DNA of 64,000 nt from Candidatus Latescibacterota bacterium (GCA_965208835.1 OZ242358.1:4544001-4608000); one strand, 5' to 3'; counted from the stretch's first letter, positions 1 through 9,717 are shown. The notes: generated from the sequence alone by a model not told the origin. Numbers and translations are program-made.

Positions 1-951
1 CGTTACCGTGGCGGGATCCGGCCACGGGCTCTTTCTGGCGAACTCGACGCCCTCTGCGACGGCGGCCCTGACCTCGCTTTCGATTCCGTCTAGGGCTTCC
101 CGGTCGGCAATGGCATCGTCCATCATTTTTCCGGCCAGCAATGCGATGGGGTCCCTGGCCTTCCAGGTCTCGAGTTCCTCTTGTGTCCGGTACCCGGTAT
201 CCCGCATGCCCTCCGCGTGGGAACGAGTGCGGTAGGTCTTGCAGTCCAGCAGCGTGGGGCCGCCGCCGTCACGGGCGCGAAGGACGGCGTCGCCGGCTTT
301 TTCATAGACGTCGAGGACGTCGTTTCCGTCCACCTGAACGCCGGTTACGCCATAGCCTTCCGCTCGCTGTGCGATATTCGTATTGCGGGTGGCGTACTCG
401 AAGGCGACTTCCGTGGCGTACCGGTTGTCTTCCAGGACGAAGACGACGGGCAGTTGCCAGATGGCGGCCATATTCAGGCCTTCGTGAAAGGCGCCGTTGT
501 TGACGCCGCCGTCCCCGAAGAAGGCCACGCTGACGCGGTCTGTTCCGAGCAACCTGAATGTATACGCGGCGCCGGCGGCCTGCAGGATGCTGGGGCCCAC
601 GATGCCGCTGGTGCCCATCAGGCCGATTTCGGGAGAGAAGAGGTGCATGCTGCCACCCCGTCCCCGCGCGCAACCTGTGGACTTTCCATAGAGTTCGGCG
701 ACGAGTTCGCCTATAGGCACGCCCTTGGCGAGCGCATGGCCGTGGCCCCGATGGGTGCTGAAGATCGTGTCTTCCCTGCGCAGATGCGCACAGACGCCCG
801 CCGCGATGGCCTCTTCTCCGACGTACGTGTGGCAGGCCCCCGGGATGAGTCCGGCCTGGTATGACCTGGCAATCTGCTCCTCGGTGCGCCGGATCGTCAG
901 CATCTGGCGGTAGAGGGACAGGATGCGTTCGTTTTCGAGACCTTGCGGCAT
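1..951 (-). CDS. TPP-dependent 2-oxoacid/acetoin dehydrogenase E1 alpha subunit (runs off window edge)
   Basis: Not in the ORF track. Manual minus-strand translation from ATG at 951: MPQGLENERILSLYRQMLTIRRTEEQ...HTYVGEEAIA...STHRGHGH...GRGGSMH...FFGDGGVNNGAFHEGLN...TYRTRSH. Contains the GDG..N TPP motif. Confidence 0.9.
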   Translation of the reverse strand, partial: MPQGLENERILSLYRQMLTIRRTEEQIARSYQAGLIPGACHTYVGEEAIAAGVCAHLRREDTIFSTHRGHGHALAKGVPIGELVAELYGKSTGCARGRGGSMHLFSPEIGLMGTSGIVGPSILQAAGAAYTFRLLGTDRVSVAFFGDGGVNNGAFHEGLNMAAIWQLPVVFVLEDNRYATEVAFEYATRNTNIAQRAEGYGVTGVQVDGNDVLDVYEKAGDAVLRARDGGGPTLLDCKTYRTRSHAEGMRDTGYRTQEELETWKARDPIALLAGKMMDDAIADREALDGIESEVRAAVAEGVEFARKSPWPDPATVT

Positions 952-987
952 GGTGCCTACCTTGCCTGCTCTGTTGGTGTCACGGGG

Positions 988-1800
988 TTACCCGCTGACG
1001 ATCGGGCCGCCGGGGTAGGTGCCTCCGGCGTTCATCGCGAGGTTGCCGCCGTCCATGGGCAACATCACGCCGGTGACCCACGCCGAGGCATCGGATGCGA
1101 GGAAGATGGCGGCGCCCACGATGTCCCGCGGCTCGCCGAACCGGCCGGCCGGTATGCCGCCCAGCCATGTATCGGCCATACGAGGTTCGGCCCTCAGGCG
1201 TTTTTCCAAAAACGGGTTCATGACCTGGGCGGGCAGAATCGCGTTCACACGCACGCCGCGGCTGCTCCACTCCGTGCTGAGCTCCCTGGTCATCTGCGCG
1301 ACAGCGCCCATGCCGATACTGTAGGCGACGTGGCCCCGCCCGATCGCGGTGAGGCTCGCGAGAGAGCCGATGTTGATAATACTGCCCTTGCCCGCGGCGA
1401 GCATGCGTCTGCCCCCCTCCTGGCAGCTGCAGAAGCGTGCGATGACCAGAGACTGCAGGCTTTCCTGGAGCTGATCCAGGGTGAGGTCCTCGGGCTTGCC
1501 GATCATCGTGGCGCCGGCGACGTTGCCCAGAACGTCGATCCGGCCGAATTCGCTGTCCAGCCTGGAGAACATCCCGCGGACCTGGTCGACGTCCGAAACG
1601 TCGCACCGCACGGGTATGGCGCGCCGGCCCAGCGATTCGATCTCGTGCGTGGTTTCCTGCGCGCCCGCTTCGTTGATGTCGGCCAGCATGAGATCCGCCC
1701 CGGCCTCCGCAAAACCGACGGCCATCGCCTTGCCCATCCCGCTGGCCGCGCCCGTCACCAGGGCGACGCGGTCGGTCATGTCGAATATCGGATGTGACAT
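988..1800 (-). CDS. SDR family NAD(P)-dependent oxidoreductase
   Basis: TGAASGMG Rossmann motif, NVAG, VRVNAILP. The catalytic YxxxK appears as YSIGM (Lys replaced). Confidence 0.9.
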   Translation of the reverse strand: MSHPIFDMTDRVALVTGAASGMGKAMAVGFAEAGADLMLADINEAGAQETTHEIESLGRRAIPVRCDVSDVDQVRGMFSRLDSEFGRIDVLGNVAGATMIGKPEDLTLDQLQESLQSLVIARFCSCQEGGRRMLAAGKGSIINIGSLASLTAIGRGHVAYSIGMGAVAQMTRELSTEWSSRGVRVNAILPAQVMNPFLEKRLRAEPRMADTWLGGIPAGRFGEPRDIVGAAIFLASDASAWVTGVMLPMDGGNLAMNAGGTYPGGPIVSG

Positions 1801-1859
1801 AGCCCATCTCCGTTCTTGCGCCTGGAAGCGGCTCCGGCTTCGATCGTCCCGGGGATTCG

Positions 1860-2225
1860 CTATTTCCCGAGATACGCGACGGCGTCGATTTCCACCAGGA
1901 TGCCCTTGTACATGTCACCGGCGCCAACCAGACGCCTGGTAGGCATCCGGCTCCTGTTTGTGAAATATCGCATATACGTGCGATTGAATTCGTCGCGGTC
2001 GTCCATGTCAAGGAGGAAGACGTTGACGCGGACGACGTCGTCAAAGGTGGCGCCTTCGCTTTCCAGCACCTGCACCATGTTGTCCATCGTGAAGACGGTC
2101 TGTTCCTCGATATTCCCGCCAACCACCTCGGCGCCTTCGACGGGGCCGAAGCCGGAGAGAAACAGCAGATCGCCCGCGCGGCGGGACATGGAGTAAAAGG
2201 GTTCGGGGCTCATCTGTTTAGCCAT
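1860..2225 (-). CDS. RidA/YjgF family protein
   Basis: LFLSG...IEEQT...VVRVNVFL...FNRTY...PTR...VEIDAVA; start MAKQ after a GGAGG RBS. Confidence 0.9.
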   Translation of the reverse strand: MAKQMSPEPFYSMSRRAGDLLFLSGFGPVEGAEVVGGNIEEQTVFTMDNMVQVLESEGATFDDVVRVNVFLLDMDDRDEFNRTYMRYFTNRSRMPTRRLVGAGDMYKGILVEIDAVAYLGK

Positions 2226-2263
2226 TGAATTTGCCTCCTGTAGTATTCCGGATTCCCTTCCTG

Positions 2264-3361
2264 TCAATTCTGAAGATGCAGCGCGTTGTCCTTTCGATGA
2301 TGGAACAGCGCGGGTTCGTGTTCCTTCAGCGGACGGCGCGGGCGAACGCCGGTGTTGACGATGTTGTCGGGATGGGGCCAACGGCTGTTGAGCACCGAGA
2401 CGAGGTTCTCCACGCCCGTGATCGCCACGTCCTGGCTGGCCTGCACGGACAGGCCCGAGATGTGCGGGGTCAGGATCACGTTTTCGAGCCGGGCGAGCGC
2501 ATGGTCGGGCGGCGCCTCCTGTTCGCCGAAGATCTCGATGTCGTCGAAAGTATCAATGGCGGCGCCCCCCAGATGTCCGCTTCGAATAAGGTCTGCCAGG
2601 GCATTCTCGTCCGTGATGGCCCCGCGGCAGGTATTGATGAAAAAGGAGCCGGGTTTCATCTTCCTGAGGGTGGGCGCGTCCAGCAGGCGAAAGGTCTCCC
2701 GCGTTAGAGGCAGATGCAGAGAAACAAAGTCCGATTCCGACAGCAGTGTGTCGAGGTCCACCATCCGTACGCCAAGGGCATCGGCCTCGTCCCGCGGCGC
2801 GTGCATATTCTTCCTTGTGGCCAGTATCTTCAGACCAAAGGGCTTTGCCCGTCTAACGACAGCCTTGGCCGATGCGCCGAAACCGATCAGACCGAGCGTC
2901 AGGCCCGAGACGCGTTGAAGCCTGAGACCTTCGTCTCTCGCTTTCTGGAACCTGCCGGCGTAGAAGTGCCGTGACATTGCCGGAATCTGCCGGGCAAGGG
3001 CGAGCAGGGAGGCCATGACGTGGTCCGCCATCTCGTCGTTGCAGAACGTAGGGACGTTGGAGACCACGATACCTGCATGGGTGGCGGTCTCGACGTCGAT
3101 CTTGTCGGTGCCGTTGCCCAGACGGGAGATGATCGTGCATTTGGTGAGGCTCCTGATGACCGGTTCGGGAAGGGACCCCGATACCACGGCCAGGGCGTCG
3201 CAATCCGCAACACCCGCAATGATGTCGTCCGGTTCGTACGCGTCCAACAGAGTTGGCGTGATGCCGTAGTGCCTGTACAGCGCCGCCTCGGTCGGATTGA
3301 TCGGAATGACCTCGGCATTGAGGCGGACGAATCGGATATCTTCGAAACCAGTACTGGGCAT
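2264..3361 (-). CDS. D-2-hydroxyacid dehydrogenase (CtBP/PGDH-like)
   Basis: GLIGFGASA, SLHLPLT, INTCRG, LTPHISG motifs. Confidence 0.9.
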   Translation of the reverse strand: MPSTGFEDIRFVRLNAEVIPINPTEAALYRHYGITPTLLDAYEPDDIIAGVADCDALAVVSGSLPEPVIRSLTKCTIISRLGNGTDKIDVETATHAGIVVSNVPTFCNDEMADHVMASLLALARQIPAMSRHFYAGRFQKARDEGLRLQRVSGLTLGLIGFGASAKAVVRRAKPFGLKILATRKNMHAPRDEADALGVRMVDLDTLLSESDFVSLHLPLTRETFRLLDAPTLRKMKPGSFFINTCRGAITDENALADLIRSGHLGGAAIDTFDDIEIFGEQEAPPDHALARLENVILTPHISGLSVQASQDVAITGVENLVSVLNSRWPHPDNIVNTGVRPRRPLKEHEPALFHHRKDNALHLQN

Positions 3362-3432
3362 CGGAAAAATCGTCGCAAATAGACCGCGTCCGCGCAACGA
3401 CGTTTGCGGCCTGATTTAATCTCTTGAATGGA

Positions 3433-3879
3433 TCAACTTGCGGAATGTTCGTCCCCGTCTCCCTGTTCCCCCTGCGGCGCGGGTGCCTCCGGTGAAAGAA
3501 GAAGCAATCCCGGTACGGAGGCAAAGTGGTGATCCATCGTGACCAGCCGCAAACCGTGCTCCATGGCCTGCGCCGAGATCCAGATGTCGTTCGTCGGGAT
3601 TGGGGTTCCGGCGCGTCTCAACCCGTTGAGGATCTCGGCATAGAACTCGGCTGTATCCTCGCTGACGGCACATATCTCCACGCGTGGCGTATCGAGAAAT
3701 TCGGCCAGTTCATCGCGGTTCTTGCGCTGCCTGATCCCGCCTTTGAAGCCCGATAGCAGCTCTCCTATACTGATCGAACTCATTACGATTCGTGAAGCTC
3801 GCCGAAGCAACGACACAACCGCCGGTTCCGCGCGCATGGCGTGCGAGTAGATATTGGTATCGATCAGGAGTTCGTTCAC
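3433..3879 (-). CDS. vapC: Type II TA toxin, VapC PIN-domain ribonuclease
   Basis: LIDTNIY...ELLSG...PTNDIWISAQAMEHGLRLVTMDHHF acidic PIN residues; overlaps the antitoxin stop (ATGA). Confidence 0.9.
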   Translation of the reverse strand: MNELLIDTNIYSHAMRAEPAVVSLLRRASRIVMSSISIGELLSGFKGGIRQRKNRDELAEFLDTPRVEICAVSEDTAEFYAEILNGLRRAGTPIPTNDIWISAQAMEHGLRLVTMDHHFASVPGLLLLSPEAPAPQGEQGDGDEHSAS

Positions 3880-4148
3880 TGCCAGAGTTCCGGATCGATG
3901 CGTCGCTCGGAGTCGATCTTTTCCTGGATGCGGACGAACTCATCCTCGTCCCAACGTCCAAACAGGTGGTCCAGGTCGCGATGGACCTCTGTGAACCGGC
4001 GTGATTTGTCCAATCCGAACTGCTGTCGCAATGCGTCCAGGGCCGTCTGGTTCATGCTCTTTCCTTCCCGCCTGGCCACCTCCCTCAACCTGGCGGCAAG
4101 CTGGGGATCCAGGCCACGCAGGGTCATGCTCTTCAGAACATCCGCCAA
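3876..4148 (-). CDS. Ribbon-helix-helix antitoxin (VapB/FitA-like)
   Basis: MTLRGLDPQLAARLREVARREGKSMNQ RHH signature; directly upstream of the PIN gene. Confidence 0.8.
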   Translation of the reverse strand: MADVLKSMTLRGLDPQLAARLREVARREGKSMNQTALDALRQQFGLDKSRRFTEVHRDLDHLFGRWDEDEFVRIQEKIDSERRIDPELWQ

Positions 4149-4199
4149 AGCGCATTTCCTTCCTTAATTGCAATCAATATATGATGGCGAATTGATATC

Positions 4200-4228
4200 A
4201 TTATACGAGATCACGCTCCGCAGGTCAA
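4200..4228 (-). promoter_or_regulatory. Sigma70-type promoter of the vapBC operon
   Basis: Minus strand reads TTGACC-N17-TATAAT, about 50 nt upstream of the antitoxin start. Confidence 0.7.
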
Positions 4229-4571
4229 GCACGATCCGTGCGGTCACTTTGAAACAACGGACGTCGAGGGGATTCCGCGCAGGTTCTGCCCCTCCACTGT
4301 CGAACACCTCGCAGCCCATAAGGAAGACGACATCAAGCCTGAGTAGCCATTCTCAGGTAAATTAGATGCACGGCTCGGGCCAGACGCTCATCAGCGCGTT
4401 GATGGCAGCAGTAAGCGGTCTGAGGTTGAAGGGATGATCTCCTTTAGCCCATGAGGCGCCGCGTCTGCGACATCTCGCTCAATCACCTCGAACGGCATCA
4501 GTCGCCTCGGTCGGCCTTCGGCTCTCCTCTGGACCTGAAGCGGGCTATGCGGCAAGTGTTCCTCGCACATG

Positions 4572-5396
4572 CTACAGTTTCAGAAACAACCCGACTTCCC
4601 AGACAGGGGCATCGAGCAGGTTGTGGCTTCGCGTGAACCTCGAAATCCCGGCGGTAATTCCCGCGTTGGGCGAAACATGGAAATCGATCTGGGATCCAAA
4701 GGACAGGTACTCGAGATCGTTGCGCGGGTGAAACTCATCGTCTGCTCTGTCTAGGGCTTCGACCCCGCGGAGCCAGATCGAGACGCCTATTCGCTCGGCG
4801 ATCGTATATCCAGCCTGCAGATTATATCGCAACTCGTCCGCGTGATTGTCATCGCGATTGTCACTGCTCTTTCGGTTGTTGTATCCGATCTCACCTATCA
4901 GATAGGCAGGTGCGGGATAGAGCGAATGGCCTACTTGAAGGGAAACATGTTGATTGAATTCGCCGTCGCCTGTCCAGAGGACGATATCCCCCCCCGATTC
5001 GCCCAGCGGCAATCCTGCCATGGCCTGCAAGCCGACCACCGTTGGTCCTTCTGTCAGAATCCCGATCCTGACACCTGCGTCCCAATCGCCAACACCGGTC
5101 GTTGAATCGAACCCTTCGACATCCACGGCGAAGTGCGTATAGACCGGCAAGTAGCCCACCAGCGTCACCCGGTCAATCACGCCGAATTCCCCGTAAAGAC
5201 TTGTCGTATAGCCACTCACGGTCGGGATCTCGGTCTTCGATCCATTCGCGATGAAAAGTGACTCGGCGCTGATAACCTGCTGGCTGAGTTTGAAGTACCC
5301 CCTACCCTTCGGCTGCGTCCATCCGCCTGCGTGGGCGATGGAGGAATCCAATATCATCACGCCCGTGAACAACGCGGCAAGAACAAACCCGTTCAC
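4572..5396 (-). CDS. Outer-membrane beta-barrel protein of unknown function
   Basis: Signal peptide (AHA|GGWT), alternating beta-strands, aromatic C-terminal strand (VGLFLKL). Related to 61155..62030. Confidence 0.7.
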   Translation of the reverse strand: MNGFVLAALFTGVMILDSSIAHAGGWTQPKGRGYFKLSQQVISAESLFIANGSKTEIPTVSGYTTSLYGEFGVIDRVTLVGYLPVYTHFAVDVEGFDSTTGVGDWDAGVRIGILTEGPTVVGLQAMAGLPLGESGGDIVLWTGDGEFNQHVSLQVGHSLYPAPAYLIGEIGYNNRKSSDNRDDNHADELRYNLQAGYTIAERIGVSIWLRGVEALDRADDEFHPRNDLEYLSFGSQIDFHVSPNAGITAGISRFTRSHNLLDAPVWEVGLFLKL

Positions 5397-5414
5397 TTAA
5401 TTCTCCTTTGCTTA

Positions 5415-5624
5415 GAAGCTGTCTTAAAATTCCCAGCGGTCTTCGCGCGGCTGCAAGAGCGCCGGTCGGCGTTGGTCAAACCCACCCGTCTTACGAGATC
5501 GAGGCTGCGCTTGCTCGCCTGTCATAGGCGGATTTGCCCGTCGGCGTTGCGCGCCCCTCGCGCCTCTTAACCGCCACTTTTTCGCTCGCGCTCTGGAACT
5601 CACCGGTAATTTTAAGACAGCTTC
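5415..5624. mobile_element. MITE (210 bp) with 17-bp perfect TIRs and TTA target duplication
   Basis: GAAGCTGTCTTAAAATT at 5415 and AATTTTAAGACAGCTTC ending 5624, with TTA on both sides; no transposase. A TWA duplication is consistent with IS5-family (IS1031 group) ends. Confidence 0.85.
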
Positions 5625-5627
5625 TTA

Positions 5628-8600
5628 TCAATTGCCCAATGAAGCGCTTCCGACTTCGCTGTTGATCAGCCTGCAATGAAGAATGAGGTGGCTCCATGAG
5701 TCGATATTCTTTCCACTGGCAGGAGTAAACGTCCATGCCTTATTCCCCGACTGCCGTGACACTTCACCAAATCCCCTGGCGCCGGCAGGTAAAGAACCAC
5801 CTTTGGGCCAGTTAATGTTGTTGCTGGTGTAAAGAGCAACAAACACATCCGGCGCCCCGCTCGGCGTTGACAGTCCGGTAATGCTGAGTCTGAGCTTCCC
5901 GTCGGAAGTCTCGCGTAGCGTCACGGATCCACCCGATGAATAGTTGTTTCGTCCACTAATCGTACCGGTACGGCTTCGCAGTGGTTCCGTTACGGTCAGC
6001 GTCGCCGTGCCGGATTTGCCGTCCACGGTCGCCGTGATCGTTGTGGAACCGGCGTCCACGCCCGTTGCCAACCCGGATGAGTTGATGGTGGCCACCGAGG
6101 CGCTGCCGCTCGTCCATGTGAACGTCTTGCCGGATATCATCGTGTTGTCCGAGTCAAAGGCGGTGGCGCTGAACTGCTGGGTCCCGCCCTCTTCGATTGA
6201 TACGGACGATGGACTTACCGTTACACGGTCCACAACCGGCGGCGGCTCGGTCACGGTCAGCGTCGCCGTGCCGGATTTTCCGTCCACCGTCGCCCTGATC
6301 GTCGTGGAACCGGCATCCACGCCCGTTGCCAACCCGGACGCGTTGATGGTGGCTACCGAGGTGCGGCTGCTCGACCAGGCGAACGTCTTGCCGGATATCA
6401 TCGTGTTGTCCGAGTCAAAGGCGGTGGCGCTGAACCGCTGGGTACCGCCCTCTTCGATTGATACGGACGATGGACTCACCGCGACACGGTCCACAACCGG
6501 CGGCGATTCGGTCACGGTCAGCGTCGCCGTGCCGGATACGCCATCCACCGTCGCCCTGATCGTTGTGGAACCGGCGTCCACCCCCGTTGCCAACCCGGAT
6601 GAGTTGATGGTGGCCACCGAGGCGCTGCTGCTCGTCCAGACAAAGGTCTTGCCGGATATCATCGTGTTGTCCGAGTCAAAGGCGGTGGCGCTGAACCGCT
6701 GGGTACCGCCCTCTTCGATTGATACGGACGATGGACTCACCGCGACACGGTCCACAACCGGCGGCGGCTCGGTCACGGTCAGCGTCGCCGTGCCGGATAC
6801 GCCGTCCACCGTCGCCCTGATCGTCGTGGAACCGGCGTCCACCCCCGTTGCCAACCCGGACGCGTTGATGGTGGCTACCGAGGTGCGGCTGCTCGACCAG
6901 GCGAACGTCTTGCCGGATATCATCGTGTTGTCCGAGTCAAAGGCGGTGGCGCTGAACTGCTGGGTCCCGCCCTCTTCGATTGATACGGACGATGGACTCA
7001 ACGTGACACGGGCCACAACCGGCGGCGGCTCGGTCACGGTCAGCGTCGCCGTGCCGGATACGCCGTCCACGGTCGCCCTGATCGTCGTGGAACCGGCGTC
7101 CACCCCCGTTGCCAACCCGGATGAGTTGATGGTGGCCACCGAGGCGCTGCTGCTCGTCCACGTGAACGTCTTGCCGGATATCATCGTGTTGTCCGAGTCA
7201 TAGGCGGTGGCGCTGAACCGCTGGGTCCCGCCCTCTTCGATTGATACGGACGATGGACTCACCGCGACACGGGCCACAACCGGTGGCGACTCGGTCACGG
7301 TCAGCGTCGCCGTGCCGGATTTTCCGTCCACCGTCGCCCTGATCGTCGTGGAACCGGCGTCCACCCCCGTTGCCAACCCGGATGAGTTGATGGTGGCCAC
7401 CGAGGCGCTGCTGCTCGTCCACGTGAACGTCTTGCCGGATATCTTCGTGTTGTCCGAGTCATAGGCGGTGGCGCTGAACCGCTGGGTCCCGCCCTCTTCG
7501 ATTGATACGGACGATGGACTTACCGTTACACGGTCCACAACCGGTGGCGACTCGGTCACGGTCAGCGTCGCCGTGCCGGATACGCCGTCCACCGTCGCCC
7601 TGATCGTCGTGGAACCGGCGTCCACCCCCGTTGCCAACCCGGATGAGTTGATGGTGGCCACCGAGGCGCTGCTGCTCGTCCACGTGAACGTCTTGCCGGA
7701 TATCTTCGTGTTGTCCGAGTCATAGGCGGTGGCGCTGAACCGCTGGGTACCGCCCTCTTCGATTGATACGGACGATGGACTCACCGCGACACGGGCCACA
7801 ACCGGCGGCGGCTCGGTCACGGTCAGCGTCGCCGTGCCGGATACGCCGCCCACGGTCGCCGTGATCGTCGTGGAACCGGCGTCCACCCCCGTTGCCAACC
7901 CGGATGAGTTGATGGTGGCTACCGAGGTGCGGCTGCTCGACCAGACAAAGGTCTTGCCAGATATCATCGTGTTGTCCGAGTCAAAGGCGGTGGCGCTGAA
8001 CTGCTGGGTCCCGCCCTCTTTGATTGATACGGACGATGGACTTACCGTTACACGGTCCACGACCGGTGGCGACTCGGTCACGGTCAGCGTCGCCGTGCCG
8101 GATACGCCGTCCACCGTCGCCCTGATCGTCGTGGAACCGGCGTCCACCCCCGTTGCCAACCCGGACGCGTTGATGGTGGCTACCGAGGTGCGGCTGCTCG
8201 ACCAGGCGAACGTCTTGCCGGATATCATCGTGTTGTCCGAGTCAAAGGCGGTGGCGCTGAACTGCTGGGTCCCGCCCTCTTCGATTGATACGGACGATGG
8301 ACTCAACGTGACACGGGCCACAACCGGCGGCGGCTCGGTCACGGTCAACGTCGCCGTGCCGGATACGCCGTCCACCGTCGCCCTGATCGTTGTGGAACCG
8401 GCGTCCTCGCCCGTTGCCAACCCGGACGAGTTGATGGTGGCCACCGAGGCGCTGCTGCTCGTCCACGTGAACGTCTTGCCGGATATCATCGTGTTGTCCG
8501 AGTCAAAGGCGGTGGCGCTGAACTGCTGGGTCCCGCCCTCTTCGATTGATACGGACGATGGACTCAACGTGACACGGGCCACAACCGGCGGCGGCTCGGT

Positions 8601-9185
8601 CACGGTCAGCGTCGCCGTGCCGGATACGCCGTCCACGGTCGCCGTGATCGTCGTGGAACCGGCGTCCACCCCCGTTGCCAACCCGGACGAGTCGATGGTC
8701 GCCACCGAGGTGCTGCTGCTCGTCCAGGTGAAGGTCTTGCCGGATATCATCGTGTCGTCCGAGCCATAGGCGGTGGCGCTGAACTGGTGGGTCCCGCCCT
8801 CTTCGATTGATACGGACGATGGACTTACCGTAACACTGGCCACGACCGGCGACGGCGGCTCGCAGGTCGTGCCGAACACTTCGGCAAAGAGCACAAAATC
8901 ACGAAAGCCGATCGCGTCATTGCCGTCTATATCCATCAGCGCGTTGAAATTGGCATCGCCCGAAGAGGTGTTAAACACTGCGACAAAGGAAAGAAAATCC
9001 GCGAATTCAACGATACCATTGTTGTCAAAATCAGCCTGACAAGCACGACTCCCATCTCCGTTTTCGGAGATCAGATCAAGAGACACGACGGCCATCGCGT
9101 TGCGACCGGAAAAGTCCGATGGTGCGAAGACGAGCAACAAAACGGCGAGAAATAGCAACTTCCTGATTGTCCTGTACGTGAACAT
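5628..9185 (-). CDS. Secreted protein: signal peptide, EF-hand/dockerin-like module, 11 Big_2 Ig-like repeats, C-terminal DM13-like domain
   Basis: Start MFTYRT after AAGGA. Ca-loop pair DFDNNGIVEFADF...DIDGNDAIGFRDF. 87-aa repeats (SPSSVSIEEGGT..FSATA...WTSS...VATI..SGLATG...GSTTI.AT). C-terminus GAPDVFVAL...LILHCRLINSEVGSASL resembles DM13. Confidence 0.85.
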   Translation of the reverse strand: MFTYRTIRKLLFLAVLLLVFAPSDFSGRNAMAVVSLDLISENGDGSRACQADFDNNGIVEFADFLSFVAVFNTSSGDANFNALMDIDGNDAIGFRDFVLFAEVFGTTCEPPSPVVASVTVSPSSVSIEEGGTHQFSATAYGSDDTMISGKTFTWTSSSTSVATIDSSGLATGVDAGSTTITATVDGVSGTATLTVTEPPPVVARVTLSPSSVSIEEGGTQQFSATAFDSDNTMISGKTFTWTSSSASVATINSSGLATGEDAGSTTIRATVDGVSGTATLTVTEPPPVVARVTLSPSSVSIEEGGTQQFSATAFDSDNTMISGKTFAWSSSRTSVATINASGLATGVDAGSTTIRATVDGVSGTATLTVTESPPVVDRVTVSPSSVSIKEGGTQQFSATAFDSDNTMISGKTFVWSSSRTSVATINSSGLATGVDAGSTTITATVGGVSGTATLTVTEPPPVVARVAVSPSSVSIEEGGTQRFSATAYDSDNTKISGKTFTWTSSSASVATINSSGLATGVDAGSTTIRATVDGVSGTATLTVTESPPVVDRVTVSPSSVSIEEGGTQRFSATAYDSDNTKISGKTFTWTSSSASVATINSSGLATGVDAGSTTIRATVDGKSGTATLTVTESPPVVARVAVSPSSVSIEEGGTQRFSATAYDSDNTMISGKTFTWTSSSASVATINSSGLATGVDAGSTTIRATVDGVSGTATLTVTEPPPVVARVTLSPSSVSIEEGGTQQFSATAFDSDNTMISGKTFAWSSSRTSVATINASGLATGVDAGSTTIRATVDGVSGTATLTVTEPPPVVDRVAVSPSSVSIEEGGTQRFSATAFDSDNTMISGKTFVWTSSSASVATINSSGLATGVDAGSTTIRATVDGVSGTATLTVTESPPVVDRVAVSPSSVSIEEGGTQRFSATAFDSDNTMISGKTFAWSSSRTSVATINASGLATGVDAGSTTIRATVDGKSGTATLTVTEPPPVVDRVTVSPSSVSIEEGGTQQFSATAFDSDNTMISGKTFTWTSGSASVATINSSGLATGVDAGSTTITATVDGKSGTATLTVTEPLRSRTGTISGRNNYSSGGSVTLRETSDGKLRLSITGLSTPSGAPDVFVALYTSNNINWPKGGSLPAGARGFGEVSRQSGNKAWTFTPASGKNIDSWSHLILHCRLINSEVGSASLGN
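5985..8856. repeat. 11 tandem 261-bp coding repeats
   Basis: Near-identical units recur every 261 bp (e.g. CCGCCCTCTTCGATTGATACGGACGATGGACT). Confidence 0.95.
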
Positions 9186-9202
9186 GGCAGGCACGTCCTT
9201 AT

Positions 9203-9362
9203 CAGTCCGTTGATAAAGTCGCTCTGCAGGCGAAGCCGAGCCATTGTGGCCGAAGACAAGGCGCGCAACCGAGTCCCATCCAGCGATTCGGCGAGGGAGC
9301 GCAACGCAGGTTTTCGACCGCAAGGGCCGACCGTAGCCCGGATCGGTTTTTTCAACGGGCTG
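9203..9362. mobile_element. MITE family B, 160-bp empty copy
   Basis: TIRs CAGTCCGTTGATAAA / TTTTTCAACGGGCTG with a TTAT duplication; homologous to 29815..30138. Confidence 0.8.
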
Positions 9363-9523
9363 TTATGTAAGGGTTCAGGTCACCGCTGTCCAGAAACCAT
9401 GGGATTCTCAGAGATGACGTTCGAAAAGTGGCTTCAAATGGCAATTTTGTACGGGTCTGACCCGGATAACGAAAACCAGGTTGCGATTGGTTCCCGATTG
9501 CGGATCACTGTCAACACCGTCAA

Positions 9524-9665
9524 TTTCGCGTATTTCGTACTCTCGTATTCTCGCTTTACGAAACTACGAATTGACGAATCTACGAATTGACGAATCTACG
9601 AAAAAGCGGGAATACGTCATTCGTCTTCTGGTTTTCTCGTTCACTCGTATTCTCGTATTCTCGCG
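9524..9665. repeat. Octamer simple repeats in opposing orientations
   Basis: TCTCGTAT-like units flank ACGAATTG/ACGAATCT units. Confidence 0.7.
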
Positions 9666-9717
9666 CTTTTGAGGCCAGTCTTACCGTTGCCTTTTTTCGG
9701 ACTGAGGCTTACGCCAT

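Noticed and set aside
181-864. 227-aa plus-strand ORF, and many other long overlapping ORFs (e.g. 943..1797, 15623..17878, 31880..33541, 48856..50577)
   Set aside because: Antisense or alternate-frame shadows of recognisable genes, expected in high-GC DNA; no motifs.
4320-4365. Possible decayed antitoxin fragment (EDDIKPE*PFSG, like 'PEYDFS' proteins)
   Set aside because: Too short to support without a search.
5985-8856. Possible CRISPR array or DGR template/variable repeats
   Set aside because: The repeats are contiguous in-frame 261-bp coding units with no spacers. Differences are not adenine-specific, and there is no cas or reverse transcriptase gene in the window.
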